NCBI GenBank assembly: GCA_963696385.1
Contig: CAVOKF010000004.1
Location: 192,001-256,000, forward strand
DNA: 64,000 bases
Direction: 5' to 3'
DNA from: an uncultured delta proteobacterium
GTDB taxonomy: Bacteria; Myxococcota_A; Polyangia; Polyangiales; Polyangiaceae
The translations under genes were made by a program, and so were the position numbers. Below, piece by piece: positions 8,618 to 18,266 of this stretch. The notes beneath the pieces are model-generated. The model saw only the letters and a program-made list of their open reading frames with translations. It was not told where the DNA came from and made no database searches. Every line of letters starts with the position of its first letter. Position 1 is the stretch's first letter.

Positions 8618-10481
8618 ATGCTTCTCTCCGCACCACCCGGCGCCCGGGGGACCGTCCGGCAAGGCGGGAAGGAGGAGCTCAGGGCGTCCGTCCTCAAGAC
8701 TTACTTGCTTCGCGTGCGCACCGAGCGAGGTGAGAGGGCCGTCCATCAGGTTCTCGCGTCGGCGGGCATCGAGCCCGGCGCGATGGACAATGAGACGGGC
8801 TGGGTCAGTCAACTTGCCGCCAAGCGCGCACTGCGTGCCATTTCCGAGCTTCTCGGACGCGATGCGGTGCGGCATCGGGGTGAATGGACGACCCATCCCG
8901 AGGCGCTCGGCGTCCTCGTGCGGATGATGCGTGCGAGCGCCCGTCCGATCGACGCGTATCGGTACCTCGCGCGCAACGCGCGCGAGGTGACCCGGGTCGG
9001 GACTTGGGAAATCGAAGAGATCGCACAGAGCAAAGGGCTCCGCGGCAACGTCGAAGTGCGCATGACCTACCGCCCCCGGCCCGACGGTACCGACGACTCG
9101 ACCGAAAGAACCGACCTCGGCGCCGAAGAGCTCCTGTGCGACGCCCGAGCGAGCGAGCTCGGTGGCTATCCCCGCATCTGGGGTCTGGCCGAGGCGAGCG
9201 TCGAACACGAGAGCTGCTTTGCGAAGGGCGCGGAGGCGTGCGTGTATCGCGTGCAATGGGCGGGCGAACGCCAACCGAGAGAAGGCTTCGTCTTGGGCAC
9301 GCTCGGCGCAGCCACCGCTTGTGGCGCGATCGTGACGCTCGCGGGAGGCACTCTCGCGGGACTGCTCGCGACGGGCCTCGGTGCGGCACTTGGAGGAGGC
9401 GCCGGATACCTGTGGGATCGGTCGCGCCAGGAACGGGCTTCACGCGTATTCGAACGCAATCGCATTGCCGCGCTCGAGCGCGGCCTCGAGCTGCGAGGCG
9501 AACTCGGATCCGCGCCCGGAGATCTCGACTGGAACGGTGCTCGGCGCCAAGTACCGTATCGGTCGCAAGATCGGATCCGGCGGGATCGGGGTCGTGTACG
9601 CGGCCGAGCACGTCACTCTCGGCCACGAGGTGGCCGTCAAGATTCTCCGCGGTGCGGCGGCTCGCGACGGAGGCGAGATCGCGCGACTGCGTCGCGAGGC
9701 TTACATCCAAGTCCACGTGGAGCACCCGAACGTCGTTCGCGTCCTCGATCTCGATCAAATGCCGGATGGCAGCATCTACGTGGTGATGGAGCGGTTGGTC
9801 GGGCGATCGTTCGCCGATCAGCTGGCCCGCGAAGGAATTCTCGCGCCGGGCTATGCCATCTCCGTGTTCGTCCATGTGTGCCGCGCTCTGGATGCCGCCC
9901 ATCGCAAGGGTGTCGTGCACAGGGATCTGAAGCCGGGAAACATTTTTCTCTGCGACGACGGCAACTCGAAGGTGCTCGACTTCGGCATGAGCAAGCTGGC
10001 GACCGCCGAGTCATTGACACAGACGGGGTACACGCTCGGGACACCCGAGTACATGGCCCCCGAGCAGTGCATCGGCGCTCAGGTCGAGCCCCGGACCGAC
10101 CTCTACGCGCTTGGCGTGATGATGTACGAAGCCCTCACCGGCGAGCTGCCGATCGTCGCGCAGAGCCGTCGCGAACTGCTCGACTTGCACCAGAGACAAA
10201 TCCCGACGCCGATGTGCCAGCGCCGCCCCGACCTAGCGATTCCGGAGGCGCTGGATCGGGTGGTGATGAAATGCCTGAAAAAGCGCCTCAACGAACGCCC
10301 GAAAAGCGCGGCTCAACTCGAGCAGCTGCTCCTGGCGGTGCCGACCGAGGGACTCGTTCATGTGTATCCGCCGGGAACGAGCCGGCGAGCCACGACCCCA
10401 CGCTACACTCACGACCCGCACGCGCAGACGGCCACGGGACCCGCGGCACAGGGCGCGGAACCAGCCCGCGAGGCGAAGTAA
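8618..10481 (+). CDS. Membrane Ser/Thr protein kinase with N-terminal V4R-like sensor domain, split by one extra base at about 9527
   Basis: N-terminus contains LLCDAR and EHESCFAKGAEACVYRVQW, then two TM helices. Removing G9527 gives GDLTGTVLGAKYRIGRKIGSGGIGVVY, then VAVK, HRDLKPGN, DFG and GTPEYMAPE. Confidence 0.88.
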
Positions 10482-10490
10482 GACCCGACG

Positions 10491-11456
10491 TCAGCCTCGC
10501 AGCAGCCAGACGAGCCCCAAAAGGCTCAGCCCAAGGACTCCGAGGGCCGCCATCATGACGACCAGATCGGTCACCGACCACCGGGCCGGACGGCGGGGCA
10601 GCGGTTCGGGGCTCCGGCGCTCCCCTTCGCCGTGGGGTTCTCCTTCCCCTGCACCTGGCCCGTCCGGGGCCCTCGGCGCGGCCGGACCCTCGGGGGGCGC
10701 GGGCACGGCGTCGAGGGCGAGCGGCTCGTCGGGTGAGCTCTCGATCCTCGACAGCGCGTCGCTCAGGGGCTCTTCGAGCGCCAAGACGGTTCGCCCGAGT
10801 CGCATCATCTGAGCGGGGCGCCAAGCGATCGGTTCGCCGCCGACCGCACGCACCTCGCCGATCCACGTTCCGTTTCTCGTCCCGAGGTCGCAGACGAACA
10901 CCACCCCGTCGCGACGGACCAGTTGCAGGTGCTCTCGCGATACGTCCGCGTCGGCGAGGAGCAAGTCGCAATGAGGCGCGCGCCCGACGACGTAGTCGCG
11001 ATGATCTTCCGCGACCGGCCAGGCCGTGCCCTGATCGGCCCCCTCCACGACCCGGACCCGCGTCCTCGTGTCGTCGCCCGCGGCAAGAGCCTGAGACACC
11101 AACGCCAGCGCGAGGTCGCGCGTGGCGACCCCCACGTCTCGAGTGACCGGCCGCTGCTCGAGGATGAGCTCGAGCCAAATTCGCCCCACACGCACTCGGT
11201 CGTGCGATCGGACGAGGCGCGACGTGTGCGGCGCGATTCGAACGTCGCCCACGAACGTCCCGTTGGTACTCGCTTCGTCCACGAGGACAAACTCGCCCCC
11301 TTGCGCGTGAATCGTGGCGTGGCGGTGGCTGACGCTCGTATCCGGCAGGCGCACGTCGCTGCCCGCGCCTCGACCGATGACGATGCGCTGCGTCCCGTCG
11401 AACGTCAGACGCACACCGTCGCCGCCGACCGAACGGACGAGGACGGTGATCGGCAT
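10491..11456 (-). CDS. Dual FHA-domain membrane protein
   Basis: IGRG...SVSHRHA...STNGTFV and VGRA...VSREH...TRNGTWI; C-terminal TM helix. Confidence 0.9.
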   Translation of the reverse strand: MPITVLVRSVGGDGVRLTFDGTQRIVIGRGAGSDVRLPDTSVSHRHATIHAQGGEFVLVDEASTNGTFVGDVRIAPHTSRLVRSHDRVRVGRIWLELILEQRPVTRDVGVATRDLALALVSQALAAGDDTRTRVRVVEGADQGTAWPVAEDHRDYVVGRAPHCDLLLADADVSREHLQLVRRDGVVFVCDLGTRNGTWIGEVRAVGGEPIAWRPAQMMRLGRTVLALEEPLSDALSRIESSPDEPLALDAVPAPPEGPAAPRAPDGPGAGEGEPHGEGERRSPEPLPRRPARWSVTDLVVMMAALGVLGLSLLGLVWLLRG

Positions 11457-11465
11457 CGGCGCCGC

Positions 11466-12434
11466 TCAGGTGGCCGCAATGCCTTCGCGGGCTGAACGAA
11501 AATCCGCCGACCGACGCTCGGCCCACGAAATGACATGCTCGGCCACGTCCTGACCGAGGTGTCGACTGAGCTCTTGAATGCCCGTCGGCGACGTGACGTT
11601 CACCTCCGTGAGTTTGCCTCCGATGAAGTCCAAACCAACGAATACGAGCCCATCGGCGGTAAGACGCGGTGCCATTTTCACCACGATATCTCGCTCGTCG
11701 GCCGTCACTTCGCAGGGCTCGACACGCCCGCCCGCGTGAATGTTCGATCGCACGTCGTCGTCCCGCGCAATGCGGTTGATGGCCCCAAGCACTTCCCCGT
11801 CGAGCAAGAGCACTCGCTTGTCACCGGCAGAGACGGTGGCCAGATACTCTTGCACCATCGCGTGACGAGTTCCGTCCCCGGTGATGTAGTCGACGATGGA
11901 TCGGGTATTTCGGTCACCCTTCGACACCACCATGACGCCGCTGCCGCCGGCACCGTCGAGCGGCTTGACGACGGCCTTGCCGACGTCCGCCACGAATCGA
12001 TGGATGCGATCGCGGTCGCTCGTGACGAGCGTGCGCGGCATGTACCGGGCGAAATGAAGCGTGTAGAGCTTCTCGTTGGCGTCGCGCAGACCGCGGGGAT
12101 CGTTCACGACGAGAGCCCGGCCCCGGAGCCTCTCGAGCATCAGCGTCACGTAGAGGTAATCCGTATTGAACGGCGGATCCTTGCGAATGAATATGCACTC
12201 CACATCCGACAGGCGGACGTCGTGCGCCGGCCCGAACGAAAAATGCGGCGCAGAGTCGCTCACGCGCACTTCGCGGACTCGCGCCCACACGTCCGCGTCG
12301 AGGACGTAGACGTCTCGCAGCTCGCAATGCAGGTTGGCGTGTCCGCGCCGCTGCGACGCACGTTGGAACGCGAACGTCGTGTCCTTGTCGACCACGACCC
12401 GATCCATCGGGTCCATGACGAAAACGAACCGCAT
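11466..12434 (-). CDS. gshB: Glutathione synthase
   Basis: FVMDP, IRKDPPF, NEKL, KPLDGAGG, GDKRVLLLDG, RSNIHAGG, LTEVNVTSPTG. Confidence 0.95.
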   Translation of the reverse strand: MRFVFVMDPMDRVVVDKDTTFAFQRASQRRGHANLHCELRDVYVLDADVWARVREVRVSDSAPHFSFGPAHDVRLSDVECIFIRKDPPFNTDYLYVTLMLERLRGRALVVNDPRGLRDANEKLYTLHFARYMPRTLVTSDRDRIHRFVADVGKAVVKPLDGAGGSGVMVVSKGDRNTRSIVDYITGDGTRHAMVQEYLATVSAGDKRVLLLDGEVLGAINRIARDDDVRSNIHAGGRVEPCEVTADERDIVVKMAPRLTADGLVFVGLDFIGGKLTEVNVTSPTGIQELSRHLGQDVAEHVISWAERRSADFRSAREGIAAT

Positions 12435-12557
12435 GGCGGGCGCAGCATAGCGGCGGCTGCCCGATCTGTCCTTGCAGGCTCCATAGGCGCCGCGGCAGAC
12501 GCCAGGGGCCCGGGGCCCGCGAGATCGTCGTGGCCTCGCGGCGAGACTCTCGGCCGC

Positions 12558-13409
12558 TCAGCGATCGTCGTAAACCATGGCAGCCAGCTGGGCGGTCTGG
12601 TCCGGACCCATATCGCTGGCGACCAAGTATCCTTCGCCGGCCCGCTGGGTCGCTGCGACCGAGTAGCCCTTCTCTCGACCTACGCGCACTTCGGCCGTGC
12701 CCACCGCGCGAGGCGCCAAGTTCGCGGTGCCCACCTGAATTTTTTGCGCGTCGTAGATGATGACACTCACCCGGCGAGCGTCTTCGCCGGAGCCGACGAT
12801 GTATTGCAGCATCGCTGCGCGTTCGGAATGCAAGGGAACGACACGGCCCCCGACCAGGCGCGCACCGGCCCGCTCGAAGCTTCCCGGTCGCACCGGAACG
12901 CCGACCCAACGCTCGAGCCCGCGCACGGCTTGTGCGTTCGTGGCCTCGGGCGGCAGCGGCTGCGAGTGCTCGGCGACGAGTTCCGCCAGCAAATCGTCCC
13001 CGAACCCCGCGTGGGTCTCGTTCGTCGGCGGCTGCACTCCACGCGTAGCCGCGCCCCACATCAAGGCAATGGCGGCAGCCGTCGCCAACGGGACCAACGT
13101 TCGCCACGACCCCAGGTTCATCCCGGGACCCATCGACGCAAACGCGTCCGACTCGGCAGCCCGCGCTTCCTCGCGCGCCCGCTCGCCGAGCATGGCATTG
13201 CCGATTCGGTCCCGAAGTCCGCTCGGCGCCGATCCCCGCACGACACGCTTCAGGGACCCGCGCATCGCGCGAAGAAGCTGAACTTCTTCGCGACAGCCCT
13301 CGCAGGCCGACACGTGCTCGTCCATGTCGATGAGCTTCGACGCCTCGAGCTCGCCGTCCAGATACGAGTCGCGCATTCGTGCACGATCCCGACACTCGCG
13401 AGCGGTCAC
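12558..13409 (-). CDS. Zinc-binding (HxxxCxxC) transmembrane anti-sigma factor
   Basis: YLDGELE...HVSACEGC, TM helix, C-terminal domain; overlaps the sigma gene stop codon. Confidence 0.88.
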   Translation of the reverse strand: MTARECRDRARMRDSYLDGELEASKLIDMDEHVSACEGCREEVQLLRAMRGSLKRVVRGSAPSGLRDRIGNAMLGERAREEARAAESDAFASMGPGMNLGSWRTLVPLATAAAIALMWGAATRGVQPPTNETHAGFGDDLLAELVAEHSQPLPPEATNAQAVRGLERWVGVPVRPGSFERAGARLVGGRVVPLHSERAAMLQYIVGSGEDARRVSVIIYDAQKIQVGTANLAPRAVGTAEVRVGREKGYSVAATQRAGEGYLVASDMGPDQTAQLAAMVYDDR

Positions 13410-14086
13410 GCGACACCTCGTCGGCGGACCCGGTAGTCGGCGAGGTTCGCGGTCTTCGCCGGATCGCGCGTCGGCGGAGGCGCCTCGGCAGCATCGCCGA
13501 CGCGCTCCTCGCCCTTCACGATGCCGAGCGAAAGCGCATGATTGTAGAGGCTACGCTGCAACAATTTCCGACCTCGGTGCAACCGACTCATCACGGTCCC
13601 AATCGGGCACCCCATGATCTGGGCGATTTCTTCGTACGAGAACTCCTCCACGTCGCTCAGCACGACGGCGAGGCGAAACTCGGGCGGGAGCGCGTCGAGC
13701 GCGTTGCGAATCTCCTCTTCGACGAGCGGCATCAACGCAAGCGTCTCCGGATCACGAAGCTGGCGCATGGTGCTCGCGCTGACCCAGCCATCGGCCAGCG
13801 GATCGGCGTCGGGCCCGTCGAGAACGGAGCGCTCGAGCCCCCCGCGCCGGTACTTGTTGATGAACGTGTTGGTCAGGATGCGAAAGAGCCACGCCTTCAG
13901 GTTGGTGCCGGCGTGAAACTGTTGCCGTGCCCGCATCGCCTTGACGAAAGCGTCTTGGACCAAATCCTCGGCCTCGGTCGGATTGCGAGTTAGCTTGCAT
14001 GCCACGCCGTATAGCGCGTCCAGATGCGAGAGCGCTTCATCGGCAAACGGATCGTTCTTCGGCGCGTCGAAAAGGGCAGACGGCAT
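13406..14086 (-). CDS. ECF sigma factor (SigR/SigH-like)
   Basis: EAEDLVQDAFVKA, GTNLKAWLFRILTNTFINKYR, FSYEEIAQIMGCPIGTVMSRLHRGR. Confidence 0.93.
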   Translation of the reverse strand: MPSALFDAPKNDPFADEALSHLDALYGVACKLTRNPTEAEDLVQDAFVKAMRARQQFHAGTNLKAWLFRILTNTFINKYRRGGLERSVLDGPDADPLADGWVSASTMRQLRDPETLALMPLVEEEIRNALDALPPEFRLAVVLSDVEEFSYEEIAQIMGCPIGTVMSRLHRGRKLLQRSLYNHALSLGIVKGEERVGDAAEAPPPTRDPAKTANLADYRVRRRGVA

Positions 14087-14134
14087 GGTGGATCGACCTT
14101 TTTTGTTACTCGGTGGAGCGGACGTCTGCCAGCA

Positions 14135-14160
14135 CAACAAGCGCAGGCCGCACCTATTCC
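14135..14160 (-). promoter_or_regulatory. Candidate ECF autoregulatory promoter
   Basis: Minus strand GGAAT-N17-GTTG about 50 nt upstream of the sigma ATG; resembles the SigR/SigH consensus GGAAT-N18-GTT. Confidence 0.5.
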
Positions 14161-14187
14161 CCATCCCGCGTATGCCGTCGCGGCCGG

Positions 14188-14778
14188 TCAGTGCGGCGAA
14201 GAAGGGCGACCGTCGCTCTTAGAGACCTCTTCGAGCTTGCGCTCGAGCTCATCGATACGCTCGTTTAGGCGTCGAACCTGCAGCTCCAGCTGCTGGAGCG
14301 GCCGGAAGCTCGTCAGAATCGACTGAATCCGCTCGTCCAGCTGATGCTGCACTTCTTCGAGCTTCTCCTTGGCCTGGCCGACCAGCGTCGGTTTCGGCTC
14401 CTTGGCGGCGGAAGCCTCAGCCTCCGGCGACTTGCCACCGGGGATGAGCCGACCGATCGGGCCTTCACGGAGGTCGGCGAGCACCTTCTCCGTGCGTGTG
14501 TGGATGAGCTCTTTCAAGGTTTGAAGCGGGACATTACGCGAGTGAGCCTTCTGTTCCTCGTAAATGATCTGCGCGAGCGTGATTTCAGTCAGGTCGTCTT
14601 TGGTGTTGTTGTCGATGATCTGGACTTCCTCGCCTTCGCGGACCATTTGGGCAATCTGCAGGAGCGTGACGTATCGGCTGTCTTTCGTATCGTAGAGCTT
14701 GCGGTTCGAATAGCGTTTGATGATCCGCTGCGGCGACGGAGGCGCCGCAGGCACCTCGAGCTTGGGGTCCACCATCAT
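14188..14778 (-). CDS. PhaR-type (PHA synthesis regulator) DNA-binding domain protein
   Basis: IIKRYSNRKLYDTKDSRYVTL...DDLTEITLAQII; C-terminal coiled coil; GGGAGA RBS. Confidence 0.88.
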   Translation of the reverse strand: MMVDPKLEVPAAPPSPQRIIKRYSNRKLYDTKDSRYVTLLQIAQMVREGEEVQIIDNNTKDDLTEITLAQIIYEEQKAHSRNVPLQTLKELIHTRTEKVLADLREGPIGRLIPGGKSPEAEASAAKEPKPTLVGQAKEKLEEVQHQLDERIQSILTSFRPLQQLELQVRRLNERIDELERKLEEVSKSDGRPSSPH

Positions 14779-14887
14779 TCTCCCTGACGCGCCGCGGGAC
14801 ACGCGACCGCCGAGAGTCAAGATACAGGCTCGCCCTTTGCGGGTCGAGAAACGCCACGGCGCACGCGCCTCCGCGTTCTCGGCACTT

Positions 14888-14971
14888 GCTCGGGCGTTTC
14901 GGCTCGGGCGTTTCGGCTCGGGCGTTTCGGCTCGGGCGTTTCGACTCGGGCGTTTCGGCTCGGGCGTTTCG
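14888..14971. repeat. Tandem repeat, 6 x 14 bp
   Basis: GCTCGGGCGTTTCG six times; the fifth copy has G>A at 14944. Confidence 0.95.
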
Positions 14972-15097
14972 GACGGTCGGCCACGATGGTAGGGCATTGT
15001 ATGTGCCCCGCTCATCGCCGCTTACCCCGCGCCGCGCGTGCAGTCGGGTGCCGGCGTTGCGAACGGGCCCGATCATGCGCCTTGAGTCCTTGCACCC

Positions 15098-15180
15098 GTG
15101 TTTCCCAATTTCCGCAAAACCTACCTGGTGTTCCCCAATTTCCGAAAGACCCACCTGTGTTCCCAATTTCCGCAAGACCA
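15098..15180. repeat. Three imperfect ~29-30 bp direct repeats
   Basis: Invariant core CCCAATTTCCG at 15104, 15134 and 15162, within GTGTT(T/C)CCCAATTTCCG(C/A)AA(A/G)ACC units. Confidence 0.9.
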
Positions 15181-15341
15181 GTGAACGGCCTGACACACTT
15201 TGCCGCTCGACGCGGCGGGGCGCGGACCGCTCCCGCGTGGGGCGCGCGGTCTCCGCCCATCGGAGGAATCCAATTTCGGACCGCCGTGGAGCGCCCCCGG
15301 CCTCAAGCGACACTGGTACGCCGCCTGCACAAGCGGCCCGC

Positions 15342-15851
15342 ATGCCTTCGAATCTCGTGCGCCTTTTCGCAGACGACGCGCAACCGGAGTCTGCCACGCT
15401 CGGCGTCGGCGGGCTTTTGCCGAGCCGCAGCCCGCGCATCGTCGCTCGCCGCAAGCGCAGCCTCGTCTTTCTTGACCCCCACGAAGTATGGGCGATCGAG
15501 GCGGCGGACCGGTTGACGTTCGTGCACACCGCGCAGGGCAAGTTCGATCTGGATTTGTCGCTCGCGGCCTTCGAGTCGTCGTTCGCGCCGGCGTTCGTGC
15601 GGGTGCATCGCAACTGGTTGGTGAACCTCGCGCGGGTCAAAGAACTGGAGAGCAACGGCCACGAAAGCAAGCTTTTTATCGGAGACGGAGTCGCGGAGAG
15701 CGGGCGCGGCCTGCGAGTGCCCATGGCCCGCGACCGCCTCGGCGAGGTTCGCGAGCGGCTGCTTGCCAACGCCTGGGGCCTTCGCCGGAGACGACACTCG
15801 ACCCCCCTGGAGGACCCCGAGCGGGCTGTGGCCCCCATCGACGACGACTAG
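15342..15851 (+). CDS. Stand-alone LytTR DNA-binding domain protein
   Basis: LVFLDPHEVWAIEAADRLTFVHT...SLAAFE...FVRVHRNWLVNL...VPMARDR; no receiver domain. Start uncertain. Confidence 0.88.
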   Translation: MPSNLVRLFADDAQPESATLGVGGLLPSRSPRIVARRKRSLVFLDPHEVWAIEAADRLTFVHTAQGKFDLDLSLAAFESSFAPAFVRVHRNWLVNLARVKELESNGHESKLFIGDGVAESGRGLRVPMARDRLGEVRERLLANAWGLRRRRHSTPLEDPERAVAPIDDD

Positions 15852-16011
15852 GGCTCCATTCCGCAAGTCGCGCGAATGAATCCGTGCAAGGGCTGGATCC
15901 CCGGGGAAGGCAAGTCCAAGGGTCCGCTTGCGCTGCGCAGCAGCGCGCCGCGGATGGATCCGTGGGTTACGAAATAGACCAAGTAAGAACCAGGACCGCA
16001 CCGAACGAGCG

Positions 16012-16569
16012 CTACATGGCTTGGCGCAGTAGGCGCTCGATCTCGGCGCCATCGGTCACTCCCGTACGCACGGCCGTGACGCGGCCGTCGTTGGACACGA
16101 TCACGAGCGTCGGCAAGGCTTCGACTTGGTAGTCGCGTGAGGTCGCGCCGGAAAGGTCGCGGACGATGGGGTAGCTTAGCCGATGGGACACGGCGAATTC
16201 GCCAGGGTCGCCCTGGTCCGGTGCATCGGTGTCGACGCCGACGAACGTCACCGCGCGATCGCTCCAGCGCCTGGCAAGGGCGTCGACGATCGGCACCTGG
16301 GCGCGGCAAGGCCCGCACCAGGTCGCCCAGAAGTCGAGGACGACCGCCCGTCCCCGCAAGTCACGAAGGCTCAGCAGAGCGGAGCGGGACTCGAGTGCGC
16401 CGCCGCTGGCGACGACCTTGAGTCGAAAATCCGGTGCCTCGTGCCCAACCAAGGCGGCCGCACGCGATGGAAAGAGCCGCGGCAGTCCGCCGAGTACGGC
16501 GAAGACGGCGAGCACCACACCAATCGCACTGAAGGCGCTCCTCAACGAGCCCGGCGGGCCTGCTTCCAT
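16012..16569 (-). CDS. TlpA/ResA-family thiol-disulfide oxidoreductase
   Basis: N-terminal TM helix, APDF, VVLDFWATWCGPC, YQVEALPT. Confidence 0.9.
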   Translation of the reverse strand: MEAGPPGSLRSAFSAIGVVLAVFAVLGGLPRLFPSRAAALVGHEAPDFRLKVVASGGALESRSALLSLRDLRGRAVVLDFWATWCGPCRAQVPIVDALARRWSDRAVTFVGVDTDAPDQGDPGEFAVSHRLSYPIVRDLSGATSRDYQVEALPTLVIVSNDGRVTAVRTGVTDGAEIERLLRQAM

Positions 16570-16602
16570 CTCGTACGCAGGCAGTTAGCACGGCACCCGC
16601 AT

Positions 16603-18234
16603 TCAAGCTGCCGGCCGCCGACTGGACGAAGGCGGCGGAGCCAACCCATCCCCGGAGCCGTCGCGCACCGCCGCGATCGCGAGCGAGTGAGGAAGCGGCA
16701 ATGTGACAACGAACGCCGCGCCGCCGAGCGCCACGCCGCGCCGCGCGACAATCGACCCGTTGTGCTCGATGACGATTTTCTTCACGATCGCCAGTCCGAG
16801 CCCCGTTCCGTCCGCCTTCGTCGTGAAGTACGGGTCGAAGACCCGATCGAGCTCGGGCTCGGGAACGCCCGGTCCGTCGTCTTCGACGACGATGGCGACG
16901 CCGTCGGCCCTGCGCTCGGCGGAAACGAGGACGTGACCGCGAGGGCCGCCGTCGCGCGGCTCGGGGCGTGCGCTCCGAACCGCTTCGACGGCGTTGCGAA
17001 CGAGATTCACGAGCACCCGCCGCAGCATCTGGCGATCGATCGCCACGAGCATCGGATCGCCCGGCACCGCCCACCGGACCTCGACGTCGTGGGCCACGAT
17101 CCCCTCTTCGGGCCCATCGTCGGTCAGGTCCGCTCCGAGGTGCACCAGCTGCTCCGAGCACTCCTTCAAGAAATCGCGCAAGCTTGCCTCGCGCAGCTCC
17201 GCGTGCGGAAGGCGGGCGAAGCTCGAGAACGTACCGACCAGCCGGCGAAGGGTTCCGACCTCCTCCTCGACGATCTCGAGCGTCGTGTCGAGAAGCGCGC
17301 GGAAGCGGGGATCGCGACCAGCGTACTTGCGGTGACATTCCTGCACGGCGAGTTGGATGGGCGTCAATGGATTCTTGATCTCATGGGCCAAGCGCTGCGC
17401 CATCTCCTGCCACGCGCCGATGCGGCGAAGGTACTCGATGCGGGCGCGGGACTGTTGCATGTCGCCGAGCATTCGATTGAACCCTCGCGCCAGCTCGGTC
17501 AGTTCGTCGCTTCCCGTCACGGGCACGCGCACCTCGAGATTGCCCGCTGCCACTTCGTCGATCGCGCTGGCCAGCCGCCCGATCCGGCGCGTGAAGCCGC
17601 GCGCCAGCGAGAAGCCGAGTACGACGGTCGCGATCACCGTGATGCCGAGCAATAGAGCGAACGCCTCGAAGTACCCCGAGTTGACTTTGGTGCGTTTTCT
17701 TTCGAGCTGCGCGTACGCATCGCGAATGCCCCCCGCTTCGCCTAGCTCCCGTTCGTAACGGCGATCGAACGCGAAGGTCGCCACCAAGACCGGACCTGGC
17801 TCGTCGTCGACCAACGAGCGCCTGACCTCGAGTTTGCGCTCGGTCCCATCATCGAGGGGGCGACCGCGGCTGCGCGCGGCGAGGACTTTGCCGAGTTCGT
17901 CCTCCACGGCGAGCGAGACCAGTTGCGGGTGGCGCAAGGACGCCGCGAGCAGCGCTTTGGCGCAGCCGTCGCCGTCGCCCCGGCGCGCCGCGATTCGCAG
18001 CGCCTCTTCGGCCGCCATCGCGTCGGTCTGGTGCCTCATGTCGTCCTTGATGGCTCCGATGTAGTCCTTGTAGAGATCGATCCCGCGATCGAGCTCGAGC
18101 TTGACCTCGGGCCGCAGCCACACGGAAGACGCGTAGTTGAGCAGCGAGTACGCGAGCAGCATGGCGCTCGCGAGCGGCAATAGGGCCGTGATGAGAATCA
18201 CGAGCGCGAGTCGATGTTCCGTCTTGCCGAGCAT
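16603..18234 (-). CDS. HAMP-domain sensor histidine kinase (NtrY-like)
   Basis: Two TM helices, HAMP (DELTELARGFNRM), AWQEMAQRLAHEIKNPLTPI, NLVRNA, DDGPG, GTGLGL. Confidence 0.93.
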   Translation of the reverse strand: MLGKTEHRLALVILITALLPLASAMLLAYSLLNYASSVWLRPEVKLELDRGIDLYKDYIGAIKDDMRHQTDAMAAEEALRIAARRGDGDGCAKALLAASLRHPQLVSLAVEDELGKVLAARSRGRPLDDGTERKLEVRRSLVDDEPGPVLVATFAFDRRYERELGEAGGIRDAYAQLERKRTKVNSGYFEAFALLLGITVIATVVLGFSLARGFTRRIGRLASAIDEVAAGNLEVRVPVTGSDELTELARGFNRMLGDMQQSRARIEYLRRIGAWQEMAQRLAHEIKNPLTPIQLAVQECHRKYAGRDPRFRALLDTTLEIVEEEVGTLRRLVGTFSSFARLPHAELREASLRDFLKECSEQLVHLGADLTDDGPEEGIVAHDVEVRWAVPGDPMLVAIDRQMLRRVLVNLVRNAVEAVRSARPEPRDGGPRGHVLVSAERRADGVAIVVEDDGPGVPEPELDRVFDPYFTTKADGTGLGLAIVKKIVIEHNGSIVARRGVALGGAAFVVTLPLPHSLAIAAVRDGSGDGLAPPPSSSRRPAA

Positions 18235-18266
18235 GGGGCGCCGCCCGAACGCGCTAGTCTAACGCG

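Noticed and set aside
14888..15180. Repeat arrays as a possible CRISPR
   Set aside because: The units are contiguous with no unique spacers, and no cas genes are present.
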